A stretch of DNA of 64,000 nucleotides from Zootoca vivipara (Eukaryota). The translations under genes were made by a program, and so were the position numbers. Shown in pieces: positions 1 to 10,945 of this stretch. The DNA is taken from contig NC_083282.1 in NCBI RefSeq assembly GCF_963506605.1, forward strand, positions 93,434,001 to 93,498,000. The letters run 5' to 3'. Position 1 is the first letter of the stretch; each line of letters begins with the position of its first letter. Under the pieces are notes generated by a model. That model saw only the letters and a list, made by a program, of their open reading frames with translations. It had not been told where the DNA came from and did not search any database.

Positions 1-284
1 GTGTTTGCATCCAGGGCCAGCCATGCTCTGAGTAGACCCACTGAAATCCATGGGCATGGCTAACTTGGGCCCGTTCATTTCTGAGTGGAACCTAGTTGAA
101 TACAACTCCTGTGGGTTATTTCTTTATTTGTAAAGCACTGATTTGCAGGAAAGCAAATATTAGAGGGTTGTTGGGCAAGCCACTTACCCCTTTGCCTCAA
201 CTTTCCATCTCCAGCCTGGGAATAATAGTGGACCAACTCAGTGCATAAAGATTAACCTACTAACCAGCTAAATTTCTCCTGTAG

Positions 285-396
285 GAAAGTGACATCAAAT
301 GGGCTTCCCGTTGGGACACTTACCTCACAATGAGTGACGTGCAGATCCATTGGTTCTCCATCATTAACTCAGTCGTGGTCGTGTTCTTCCTTTCGG
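285..396 (+). CDS. TM9SF4: TM9SF4 internal coding exon ([38 protein letters not shown]); gene begins upstream of the window
   Basis: AG at 283-284 and GT at 397; translation matches the nonaspanin TM9SF4 region entering the transmembrane part; phase fits the next exon. Confidence 0.95.
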
Positions 397-460
397 GTAA
401 GAGAGAAGCCAGGGGGTTTTGTTGGGTGGTGTAGGGAGGGATTATCTTGCCGCTATACGG

Positions 461-462
<2 letters not shown>

Positions 463-499
<37 letters not shown>

Positions 500-821
500 T
501 TATTATTTATACCCCGCCCATCTGGCTGGGTTTCCCCAGCCACTCTGGGCGGCTTACAACAGAAAAATGAAATAAAACAATTAAACATTAAAAGCCTCCC
601 TAAACAGGGCTGCCTTCAGATGTCTTCTAAAAATCTGGTAGCTGTTTTTCTCTTTGACACCTGATGGGAAGGCGTTCCACAGGGCGGGCGCCACCACCGA
701 GAAGGCCGTCTGCCTGGTTCCCTGCAACTTGGCTTCTCGCAACGAGGGAACCGTCAGAAGGCCCTCGGTACTGGACCTCAGTGCACGGGCAGAACGATGG
801 GGGTGGAGACGCTCCTTCAGG
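463..821 (-). mobile_element. L2-type LINE 3' fragment with (TTA)n tail
   Basis: Minus-strand translation gives a C-terminus like L2 ORF2 (AFSVVAPALWNALP...FRRHLKAALF); related copies at 2136-2220, 32490-32590 and 36300-36531. Confidence 0.8.
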
Positions 822-1778
822 GAGACTTCCTAGCCAAGTCATGTAGACCCAGCTGGGCTATTATTTATGTTTATTTATGCTGAGTGAAAGAGTAACAAAT
901 CAGAAATAGTCCAGTGGGCTTGGGTTCAATTCCTAACCTCACCGCGTGGCCCTATGATCCTGGCTGAGTCTACCCATGCAGAAGGACTTTGGAAGACTGC
1001 CTCGTAACAAAACAAAAGAGAAACCCTGTGCCAGTAGAAAACCAACGCATAAAGGCTACAGTTTCTAGCCCACCTGTTTTTTTTAGCCTGTTGTGGTTGC
1101 AAGGAGTCCTTGGTGTAGAAACACAGTCTCAGGCCTAGAATGGCACGTTCTGCTCTGCCACCTCATTCTGCTTCATAGGTAGACTCTGAAACATTGTGAG
1201 GGTATTGCAAGGATTGGAAGCTGATTGTAAATATGTACTGAATGCTTCTGGCACCCGGTCTGGTCACAGCAGTTTTCTTCACTAGCAACTTGTGTATCCG
1301 TCAGTGTCCTTAGCTGCTTGTCTTTGCTCAGTGCTGGTGTCTGTGTCTCAGTTTTGCTGCCTGCAAATGGGGTTGAGCTGCAGGAGGGCTGGTTTGTGCA
1401 TCACTTTCCCTTCAGTTGTGGCCAAGCAGTGTAGGGTAAGGGCCACAGTCCATGCTGCACCCTGCATGTGCCACTTCCATCCTCAGCATGCCTGTGTCTT
1501 TGGGCAACTCACCGGCCCTGCGCACTGGATGGAAACTGCTGCAAGCAATTGTGTGGTGCTGCCTGAGGGCAGGCCGAGGCACAGGTCTTCCTTTTGACCT
1601 GTTTTGGAAGAAGGAGCACCCCCTGGTGCACATTGAGAGCATTGCGAGAAAAAGAATAGGTTCAATAAAGAACATTATCTGCTTAGAATGGAATGGAATA
1701 TAACCTTTAGAAGACATATGAACACATATAGGGAAGCTTTTTAACGTGTAATGTTTTATAATGTTTTTATATACAGTA

Positions 1779-1994
1779 CTAGTGTCAGTCAGTCCGTTTA
1801 ATAAACGGGCGCTAGAGCATTCAGCCTTTGGCGGCGGCGGCGCATGGGGGGGCCGATTGGCCCCTCCCACGGCCGCCGCTTCGTTGGGGTGCTCCGTTGA
1901 GCCCAGCTGGCCGGCGGGCGCCCAGGAGAAGGCCGTGATTCTTCTGAGGACTATGAGGGAAACGGTATGCAGAGGGGTGGGGGGGGGAGAGAGA

Positions 1995-2028
<34 letters not shown>

Positions 2029-2134
2029 CAAGTCTCTGCGTCCAATCCGTGTCTGTGGGGCACATGCGCAGTAGCGCGGACACAGGGACACAGGTAATCT
2101 GGACGCAGAGACACTTGCACTTTATTATATAGGA
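1779..2134 (-). mobile_element. Non-autonomous Helitron (356 bp)
   Basis: Minus strand starts TC(CTATATAATAAAG) and ends CTAG; subterminal hairpin ccgttt-att-aaacgg; inserted between A and T with no TSD. Confidence 0.75.
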
Positions 2135-2928
2135 TGTTAGAAACCTCCCAGAGTGGATGGGGCAACCCAGTCAGGTGGGCAGGGTACAAATAAATTATTA
2201 TTATTATTATTACTATTATTAGTGAGAAATATATGAAATACTTCAAACAGTCCATACATAGGACACAAGTCATTTCACTACTACACAGAGTTACTGTTTA
2301 CCTGGTTAAAAATTGGTGTAAGGGTATTAACACTGGTGTGATCATAATAAAGTGCTGGGAGTTACAGGGCTTGTAACTTAATCTTGAGTATATCCAAGAA
2401 CAAGTATAGATCCCTCTGGCTTCCTTTACATGGCTACCTTGCTTTTCCTCCCCTCCTCCCCTTGGGCCCCACTGCCCAACATGGCAGCCCAAGAAAGAGA
2501 TGCTTTAAAAATGCCTCTGAAGAAGAAAACAATGGCTTGCACTGAAATCAATCCCCCTGCCCTGCAAGGGCCTGTCCAAGTGGCAGCTTCCTCTGCTTTT
2601 GCTGTGGCCCCATGTGCGTTGGCAGAAGGCGTGAGAAAATGTGAAAATGAATACATGTAGCAGCAGCAGCAGCAGCAGAACCTCCTTTGGTGTAGGGGAC
2701 TCAAAAGTGCAATTCTTGCTGTGAGAACCCAACCTCACCCCTCATTGCTACTGTCTGAGGACATGGCTGAAGCTCTGTGGGCAAACGTGGACTGTGGGGG
2801 ACTCTGTGTCGGCTGACGCACCCCCCCCCCATATGACCCTCTGCTCCCATATGCTGCTGGCTTGCAGATGCTTAGGTGCTCAGTGGAATAAACTGCAATT
2901 CATTCATTCCAGGTTTTATTCATTTCAG

Positions 2929-2999
2929 GTATTCTCAGCATGATCATCATCCGGACGCTCCGGAAGGATATTGCCAACTACAACAAGGAAGATGACATT
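2929..2999 (+). CDS. TM9SF4: TM9SF4 coding exon ([23 protein letters not shown])
   Basis: tttcag acceptor, GT donor at 3000, frame continuous. Confidence 0.95.
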
Positions 3000-3698
3000 G
3001 TACGAGAAGCATGGTGTGCTTGGGGCTGGTGGGTGGGGTGGGGTGGAGAGGGAGTGGGGACCCTTCCTTGCGTCTTGAGAGTGTTCCTAGAATCTCCTTT
3101 TGAGAAGGGTAGAGGGGAGGTAGCCAAGGAATCAGGTAGAGAATGTAAGAGGAGCTCAGCTGGATTAAATCCTACTTTATTCAGCACTGGGTTTCCCATG
3201 TCAGCCAGGCAGATGCCTCTGGGAAGCCCACTGGAGCAAGGCTGAACCTGGAGGTAGCACATAGCTATAGTGTCCAATAGCCACCCGGTCCCTTTCTGCT
3301 GTTCACCTGCCCAATCCCTTTTTTAAAGCGCTGCTGTGTCTTGTGGCATCAAATTCCATAGCTAGTGATGTGGGTAGAGAGTCCCTTGCTAGTCCAGAGT
3401 TCATACCGAGGCTTAACCACTTACGGCAGATTCTTGGCAGACCTCGCCAGGCCTGCCTTCTCATTCCTTGCTGGGGTGAAACACTTTTGAGGTGCAAGCA
3501 GTACCCAGAAGGGCTTTAAGGTTTTGTCAAATTTGGTGATTTGCTGCAAAGAGGGGAGAGCCCTTGGGGGGAGGAGAGGACACACTCTGTACATCTCTGT
3601 AGCAGTGTAGAGGTGGGGAGAAGCGCATGCGGCAGTCCCTTTTGTGGGGCTTGATTTCAACTCTCCCCCCCCCCCCCGTGTGTCGCTTCCCCCTACAG

Positions 3699-3831
3699 GA
3701 AGACACCATGGAGGAATCTGGGTGGAAGCTGGTGCACGGTGACGTTTTCAGGCCGCCTCAATATCCTATGATCCTCAGCTCCCTCTTGGGCTCCGGAATC
3801 CAGCTCTTTTGCATGATCCTGATTGTTATTT
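3699..3831 (+). CDS. TM9SF4: TM9SF4 coding exon ([44 protein letters not shown])
   Basis: AG/GT boundaries; [13 protein letters not shown] is the TM9SF family signature. Confidence 0.96.
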
Positions 3832-4399
3832 GTGAGTTTCCCACCTGGGGAGCCTGGGAGTGCTTCTTTGTGAAAAGGGAGCAGGGGAGAAGAGACTCTA
3901 CAGGCTAAGCAAGAAGGCAGCTTGTTGAACAAGCTGGTGCCTCTGGGCTGGGAGGTGTGGCCTGACATCAAAGCCCTTATGGCAATTGCCAATGTATACC
4001 TTGTTACATCGGCTCTGTCTGCATTCTGATGCTCAGGTGTCAATTTCCTCTTGTAGCCACTTACTGACGGCCCCCACCCCCTTGAAAGACCCCTTTGCAT
4101 TCCAGGGAATCATGTGCTGTTAATGGTTGTTTGCTTTAAATGTATATCGGAGCTGTTTAGGGATTGTGTCTTGTTCTTTTTTTCATGACTGCTCGCTAAC
4201 CCACTTCAAGCCTGTTTGAAAAAACGAGTGGGGATGGAATATTTGAAAAATAGTGCCGCGGTGAACAAATGTGCTTTGGGAATACTCAACAAAGCACCCT
4301 CCCCCCTTCTCAGTGTGCAAGGGCTCTCTTTGAATTCCAGTGTAGCGGAGTATTAGTTTGCGAGTGGTGGCACTTAATCCTCCTTGCCTTGCCTTTCAG

Positions 4400-4481
4400 T
4401 TGTGGCCATGCTGGGGATGCTGTCTCCTTCCAGCCGAGGTGCCCTGATGACCACAGCCTGCTTCCTCTTCATGTTCATGGG
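4400..4481 (+). CDS. TM9SF4: TM9SF4 coding exon ([28 protein letters not shown])
   Basis: AG acceptor and gtgagt donor, frame continuous. Confidence 0.95.
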
Positions 4482-4583
4482 GTGAGTGGTGTGGCTTCTC
4501 CATTGCTTCAGCCGCCATCCCTCTGCCTGACCTGTGATGGGAGGTAACCTTTTGTTTCTCCACTCTTGTGTCCTCTGCTCTAG

Positions 4584-4659
4584 GGTTTTTGGTGGTTTCT
4601 CTGCTGGCCGACTCTATCGGACACTGAAAGGCCACCGGTGGAAGAAAGGGGCTTTCTGC
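4584..4659 (+). CDS. TM9SF4: TM9SF4 coding exon ([25 protein letters not shown])
   Basis: tag acceptor and gtaagt donor; preceded by a 102-bp intron. Confidence 0.95.
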
Positions 4660-5690
4660 GTAAGTGATACTGATCTTCACAAACCCCAAGGGACTTGGGA
4701 AAGGGCATGAGGGCAAACTGCGGAGCCTCATTTGTTTCTGATGATGAGTTAACCACTGTGCCTGTTGGAAGGGACCCTGGCATAACCTCAGGATAGAGTT
4801 GCTGGGGGTGTGATGCCTTGCCATCTGACCTCTGCATTACAACAGAAAACAGGCATAATAGAAGAAACCAGGCTTTGGGGAGGGATAAAGAGCACAGTGA
4901 AAATGATTTCTTGCTGCCACTGCATGTTTTATTTATTTTTGGTAGGTTTTATAACATTGTTTGATTTATTTGTTCTAGATTTTTATTAGTATTTGCGATT
5001 TTAATGTTGCTTGCCACCCTGGGGCTCCAGAGTGAAGAGAGGACTACAAATTCCTTAAATAAATAAGTCACATTTGGCTGTTTGAATAACTCATGCAGCT
5101 TTGCAGGTCCCTGGTGCTTTTGCTTCTGACTGACTTGGCAAGGCCTGGCTGCTTCTCCACATCAAATCTTTGTTTAGTCTCTGCTCTGGGACTTCACTGT
5201 TTGCTTCTGGGATGCTTTCAGGCTTTTACCCCACAGCATCAGGAGTGCAAACTGAGATGAGGATGATTCCTAGCGTAGGTAGGTAGGTAGGTAGCAATTT
5301 TATGTGTCTATTGCCGAAAGTCCCCTTTGATAAAACTGAAAGGTGAGTTGCATCCACATGTTGCAAAGTACCTTTGAGTACTTTGAGCAGAGACTTTGCA
5401 CTCCTTCTCCCGTTGCAGCCTTTACAACAATCCCGTGTGGCTGGTCAATATTGTTGTCACCATGTTGCAGGTGCTGAAGCAGTGTGTGTTGAGGGAACTA
5501 ATCTGTGGCACATCTGGAATTTGAATTGGGGGCTTTGTGAGTCATAGCTCGGTTTGTGGATCACCGGCTATGCTTGCCTTCTGCGCCCGGTGCAGTGAAG
5601 TGACGCAGTAACTGCATTAGGTTCCTTGGATGAGCTGACACCCTCTGCCCCACTGTCAGTATTCAGTCCTGCTTGCTTTGCTCCTTGCAG

Positions 5691-5774
5691 ACAGCCACCC
5701 TGTACCCGGGAGTCGTCTTTGGGATATGCTTCATCCTGAACTGTTTCATCTGGGGCAAACACTCGTCGGGAGCA
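5691..5774 (+). CDS. TM9SF4: TM9SF4 coding exon ([28 protein letters not shown])
   Basis: ttgcag acceptor and gtatgt donor, frame continuous. Confidence 0.95.
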
Positions 5775-6754
5775 GTATGTATCTTCCCACCTCTCTTTGC
5801 TCTCTCTGGAAACACTTGGCTTGGTCTACTCTTTTCTAACTCATATTCATAATTTGTGTGTGTTTATATGTTCTAAGAAACAATAAATGTTGGTTAGCTC
5901 CTTTTAAGCTCCTCATATGTTTTGCCTTCCCCAATATGCACAAACAATGCATCATTCTTATTCTTATTCTTTTGTTTCTCGCACCCCGCCCATCCGACTA
6001 GGTTGCCCCAGCCATTCTGGGCAGCTTCCAACATGAGACCTTAAAAGCTTCCCAATACATTCTGTGAAAGGACATTATCTCCCTCCCCTCAGGCCCCACC
6101 CCCAAGAGGATGTTGCCATTTCTGTAGCTATTTAAAAAGACATTTAAGGAAAAAAATTCTAAATCTTTGAGCTTTCCAAAATATTCTGTGAAATACCCAA
6201 GCAGGACACGTTTTGAACATTAGGGATTGTGAAACCACGTTAGCTGCCTGGTTTTGCATTCATTTCCCCCCTGCCAGGCGAGTTCTCTTAGACTCACCTT
6301 CACCAATCTGGAGTCTTCCAGATCAGGAGCAGGGGACCCTTTCTGGCTGGTGGGCCAGATCCTTATCTCCTGGCTGCTCTTGGGCCAAATTTGGCAAGTG
6401 TGCAGAGCCCGGGATCCAGTTGTGCCAGTCGCACCAGTCTTTTCAAGTGCTTTTGCCCAGCAGGGAGTGTGTCTTTGAACTGTGACAATGCCTCTTGCCT
6501 GCCAAGTTGGGGAGAGGGGTGTGTGGCTGTAACTGTGCATGGAAACCTCTGGCTTTTACGTGGGCTACTGCACCAAAAAGAAAAGAAAAATCTCATCTGT
6601 TTCTCTAGCTTCACTGCCATTATTATGTGGTCCCCCCAAAGGCTTCCCATCAGGGAATGAGGTGCTTGGGCTGCGAAAGGTTCCCCACTCCTTCTCTAAA
6701 GAAATGCTAGGCAATAGTATCACCTTGTGAACCTTCCGTCTTGATGCTCTGGGG

Positions 6755-7336
6755 CAGCGTTTCTCAACCGCTGTTCCGCGGCACACTAGTGTGCCGCGAG
6801 ACGCTGGCTGGTGTGCCGCGACGTGCGGCAACGAGAAGGGCGATTTGCATTGTCACGTAAGGTGCCTCAAAAGGAAACACTGGCCACCGGAAAGGAAGCC
6901 GGCCGGGTCACGACGCGAGGCGAGCGCCCGCGTCGTGACCCGGCCGGCTTCCTTTCCGGCGGGCTAGCGCTGCGTATTGGCGGCCGCCAGGCACGTGACA
7001 ATGCAAATCGCCCTTCTCGTCGCCGCACGTCGCGGCAAAATTTAGACAAACTAAACTAAAATTTAGACAAACTTAAAGAAGCTGGCTGGATGAGCTCAAC
7101 CTGAAACTTGCTGAGCAAAGGATTGTGCTGGCAGAGAAATCAGCGGCTTGTGAAGCCTTATTACAGGAGATTGCAACCAACACAGCAATTGGCAAGTGTT
7201 TCTTACAGTCATAATTATATAGTCAATATAGGGCGGCACAGAGTTAATTTTTTTAAACTTTTTTAATGGTGGTGTGCCTCGTGATTTTTTTCATGGAACA
7301 AGTGTGCCTTGGCCCAAAAAAGGTTGAGAAACACTG
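6755..7336. mobile_element. Non-autonomous hAT DNA transposon (582 bp) with captured host sequence
   Basis: TIRs cagcgtttctcaacc and ggttgagaaacactg; perfect 8-bp TSD ctctgggg at 6747-6754 and 7337-7344. Confidence 0.9.
7063..7197 (+). pseudogene. DNAH10: Frameshifted fragment of an axonemal dynein heavy chain (DNAH10-like) exon inside the hAT element
   Basis: Translates LDKLKEA, then after a frameshift LDELNLKLAEQRIVLAEKSAACEALLQEIATNTAI, followed by donor-like G|gcaagt; matches my recollection of the DNAH10 stalk sequence; not verified by search. Confidence 0.75.
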
Positions 7337-7447
7337 CTCTGGGGCAAAGGGGTGGCCCCAGGTACATCTTGCCTTGCCAGGTCCCATTCACCTATTGCTG
7401 TACCTTCTGCCAGCCACCTGTTCTAAGAGTTGGGTTGCCATTTGCAG

Positions 7448-7623
7448 GTCCCTTTCCCCACCATGGTGGCTCTCCTTTGCATGTGGTTCGGCATCTCCTT
7501 GCCCCTAGTCTACCTGGGATACTACTTTGGATTTCGCAAGCAGCCTTACGACAATCCTGTGCGGACCAATCAGATTCCAAGGCAGATTCCGGAGCAGAGG
7601 TGGTACATGAATCGATTTGTCGG
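7448..7623 (+). CDS. TM9SF4: TM9SF4 coding exon ([24 protein letters not shown]...[23 protein letters not shown])
   Basis: AG acceptor and gtgagt donor; [12 protein letters not shown] family motif. Confidence 0.96.
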
Positions 7624-8197
7624 GTGAGTGACCCAGAAAACCCTTTCCTGCGCAGCTGGGCCAAATGACTGTTGGGTAGCTCTTTCTCTTCTTCTTTTTG
7701 GAGACCAGTGAGCAAATTGCTGGAGAAAAGCTTGGAAAGATCCTTACGCCCTTCCACTGCCAGCTTAGTCAGTAAAGCACGAGACTCTCAGAGTCATGGG
7801 TTCAAAATCCACAGGGCAAAAAGATTCCTGCACTGCAGGTGGATGAGCCAGGTGACCCTTGGGGTCTCTTCCAACTCTGCAATTCTAGGATTTGATGATT
7901 CTAAATAGGAGCTGGAGCCCTGATGCTGCTGCTGCTGGCTGGGTTTCGGATGGTGTTCATTTGAGCTGCCCAGAATTTGATGGCTCCATCTAAGGCTTAT
8001 TTCTAAAAGGATGTGCTGTTCCATTGCTGGAAGGGAAGGCTTTCTTAGTGAGGGCAAGCAGTTCTGCCTCTCGGACAGCTTATCTTGTCATATTGCTGCC
8101 ACTACCAGTACCCCAGTCAGCTTGATCGTCTGCTGACTAATCATCGGTTAATTTAATTGTACACAGGTTGTTTATTGACAATAAAGGTATAATAATA

Positions 8198-8608
8198 CAT
8201 TGGTACCTCGGTTTATGAACACAATTGGTTCTGGAAGTCTGTTCATAAACTGAAGCGAACTTTCCCATTGAAAGTAATGGAAAGTGGATTAATCTGTTCC
8301 AGACGGTCCGTGGAGTACTTAAACTGAAGCATTCATAAACTGAAGCGAACTTTCCCATTGAAAGTAATGGAAAGTGGATTAATCCGTTCCAGACGGGTCC
8401 GCGGAGTACTCAACCTGAAGCGTACTTAACCCAAAGCATGGGTGTAATTGGTTCTGGAAGTCTGTTCATAAACTGAAGCGTTCATAAACTGAAGCGAACT
8501 TTCCCATTGAAAGTAATGGAAAGTGAATTAATCCGTTCCAGATGGGTCCGCGGCGTTTGTAAACTGAAAATTCGTAAACCGAGGTGTTCATAAACCGAGG
8601 TTCCACTG
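8198..8608. mobile_element. Tc1/mariner (Tigger-like) non-autonomous element with internal tandem repeats
   Basis: TA TSD; TIRs cattggtacctcggtttatgaac and gttcataaaccgaggttccactg; three internal related units. Confidence 0.8.
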
Positions 8609-9189
8609 TAATAATAATAATAATAATAATAATAATACCAACCAGGGTGGGGCTCAGGCACTTTGAGTGGCAGAAAATAAAAAGTTATAACTGTAGTTCA
8701 GTTCCAGATCATATGTTTTGGAGCCAGGTGATGCCAGGTTCAGTCCGGGTCATGTCCTGTTGAAAACAGTCTTGGATTACAGAGCTCAGAAAGCTGCTGT
8801 CTGTCAGAGTTGTCACCAACTCTGTGGCTCAAAATGCTGGCAGTACAAGGGAAGCTTCCTATAGCATATGCATGCCCTGTAACTTTCTTACAGCCCCAGA
8901 GCTGGAATAGATGGGAACATAGATTTATGGATGGCCGCTCTCCATAGCAGCTGAATGAAATACTAGTTTCTGGGGGAGGAAAAGCAGCCTAGAGATGTTG
9001 CCTTCAGGCACTGCTCGTGGGCTTCCTGGAAGCAGCTGGCTGGCTGTTGTCAGAAACGGTGCCTGACTAGATGGCCTTGGATCTTATCCAGCTGGCCTGC
9101 TCTTAGGTTTGCAATGTGTGCAGCCCTAACTAGCATCACTGGATCTAAACCTGTTCCCACAGTAACCAAATTCTGTGTCTCATCCTTAG

Positions 9190-9253
9190 GATCCTTATGG
9201 CTGGAATTCTTCCTTTCGGAGCCATGTTCATTGAACTTTTCTTCATCTTCAGT
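9190..9253 (+). CDS. TM9SF4: TM9SF4 coding exon (ILMAGILPFGAMFIELFFIFS)
   Basis: tag acceptor and gtaagc donor; GILPFGA motif. Confidence 0.95.
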
Positions 9254-9357
9254 GTAAGCGCCATTGCTGCCCTCTTCTTTTCTGACGTGGGCTTCCCAGA
9301 GAGGTGCACCATATGCCTTTTAAAGAGTGGTGTTGGGATGGGGTCTATCAGAACAAG

Positions 9358-9474
9358 CAGGGCTTTTTTCAGCTCAGCTCCAGCACTTCTCAAGTGGCTG
9401 CCATTGCTATTTTAAGAGAACCAGGAAGAAGTTTGTGGTGAGCTCCGGCCCCTTTTTCTAGAAAAATAGCACTG
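9358..9474. mobile_element. hAT MITE (117 bp)
   Basis: Perfect 8-bp TSD agaacaag; TIRs cagggctttttt and aaaaatagcactg. Confidence 0.75.
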
Positions 9475-9981
9475 AGAACAAGAGTGTTTTTGGTGTGTGT
9501 GTGTGTGTGTGTGTGTGCAGGACGAAGGATGCCTGCTCTCCCTTGTCAAGTCTTCTGGGCTTTGCACTCTAGGTTGAGATGTCGCCCTGCAGAGCCTTCC
9601 AGTATTGGTTGTGGCAGCCCCAGAGATTGAGCTGCAACATTTTGCTTCTTTAACTGTCTGCTATTGGAGAATGCCTTGCGAGAAGGGATGGGTGTCTGGC
9701 TGCTGTGCAGGACAGAGATGCCTTTCACAAGTGTAGAAAGGATCCAGGATCCCTTACAATTTTCCTGAGGAAATGGTCCAGCAGAATAGAAAATGCAGCT
9801 TAGTTCTGGGAGACCTGTCTAGAGCCAACTCGGTTACACAATTGAAGAATCCCCCGATTCTTTGAGGAAAGCCATGGTTAAAGTGGAAAGAATTGGATAG
9901 AGGTTTGTGATGTAGGTTTGCTTCACTGCCTTTTTCTGTGAAGTGATAAGCTTCTTGCATATCAAGAGCTGTCCCAATTCA

Positions 9982-10185
9982 GATAGGTAGCCGTGTTGGT
10001 CTGACGCAGTCGACATAAATTAAAAAATTGTCCAGTAGCACCTTAGAGACAAACTAAGTTTGTTCTGGGTATAAGCTTCCGTGTGCACACAAGGTATCTG
10101 AAGAAGTGTGTATGCACACGAAAGCTTATATCCAGAACAAACTTAGTTGGTTTCTAAGGAGCTACTGGACAATTTAATTTTTTTT
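9982..10185. mobile_element. Penelope-like retroelement terminal-repeat remnant, inverted (tail-to-tail) arrangement
   Basis: gtagccgtgttggtctg...gcaccttagagac end typical of reptile Penelope repeats; ~65-bp inverted arms; related single-arm copy at 52228-52343. Confidence 0.7.
10093..10132 (+). ncRNA. Minimal type I hammerhead ribozyme motif (Penelope-associated)
   Basis: ggtat-CTGAAGA-a-gtgtg(tatg)cacac-GAAA-gc-TT-atatc: core boxes, stem II, palindromic AAGCTT stem III and 5-bp stem I; activity unknown. Confidence 0.55.
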
Positions 10186-10249
10186 CATTTATTAAGAGCT
10201 GTCCCATTATATTCATGTCTCCTTTGTGCACATCTTCTCTTGCATCCAG

Positions 10250-10369
10250 GCAATTTGGGAGAACCAGTTCTACTACCTCTTTGGCTTCCTCTTCTTGGTG
10301 TTCATCATCCTCGTGGTCTCTTGCTCCCAGATCAGCATCGTCATGGTGTACTTCCAGCTCTGTGCAGAG
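10250..10369 (+). CDS. TM9SF4: TM9SF4 coding exon ([40 protein letters not shown])
   Basis: AG/GT boundaries, frame continuous. Confidence 0.95.
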
Positions 10370-10945
10370 GTAATAGAGCAGATTAATCTTGGGGTTGTCG
10401 TTGTGGGGTTGCAGGGAATGGAACCCAGTTCTGTAAGGTGCCTCAAAAGGAAACATGGATCAGATTTAGGCAGAGAGACAGAGCTCCTGTTCTCAAGTAT
10501 ACAAACCAGTTAATATATCCAGCTGAATTGATCAGTAATGCTTTTCCAGAACTGCACAAAAAAGCCAGCATGTCCTGGAGGAAAGTTGGCTTTCCCCCTG
10601 GCATGCTAATTTTCTGTGTGCAATGAGGGTTTTTGGCTTGTGTTTCTGTGAGGAAGAATTTACACTTTCACCTATCTGGAGAGTCTGGCTTCAGCTTGCA
10701 GTCTTGCCTAGTTTGAAGAGAACCGCAGGGATGAAAGCAACCTGGCTCTCCTTCCCCTGTCCTGTGCTGCAGATCCACTGCCCACCATACCTGAAGATAC
10801 CAAACCTGCATGCTCTTGGTCACAGCATGCCACTCGCAGAGCTTGTGTGGGCAAAACGGTGGGTGCCCAAACATGACTGGGCACCTGTGAGGGTTGTTGA
10901 GAGTGTTGGCAGAATGATGCCGTGTGTCTTTCCTCCGTTTGCCAG

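Noticed and set aside
1412-2083. 223-aa minus-strand ORF
   Set aside because: Runs through a Helitron and a microsatellite; no coding signature.
8230-8600. Regularly spaced repeats suggestive of a CRISPR array
   Set aside because: Eukaryotic DNA, non-unique spacers, bounded by TIRs and a TA TSD.
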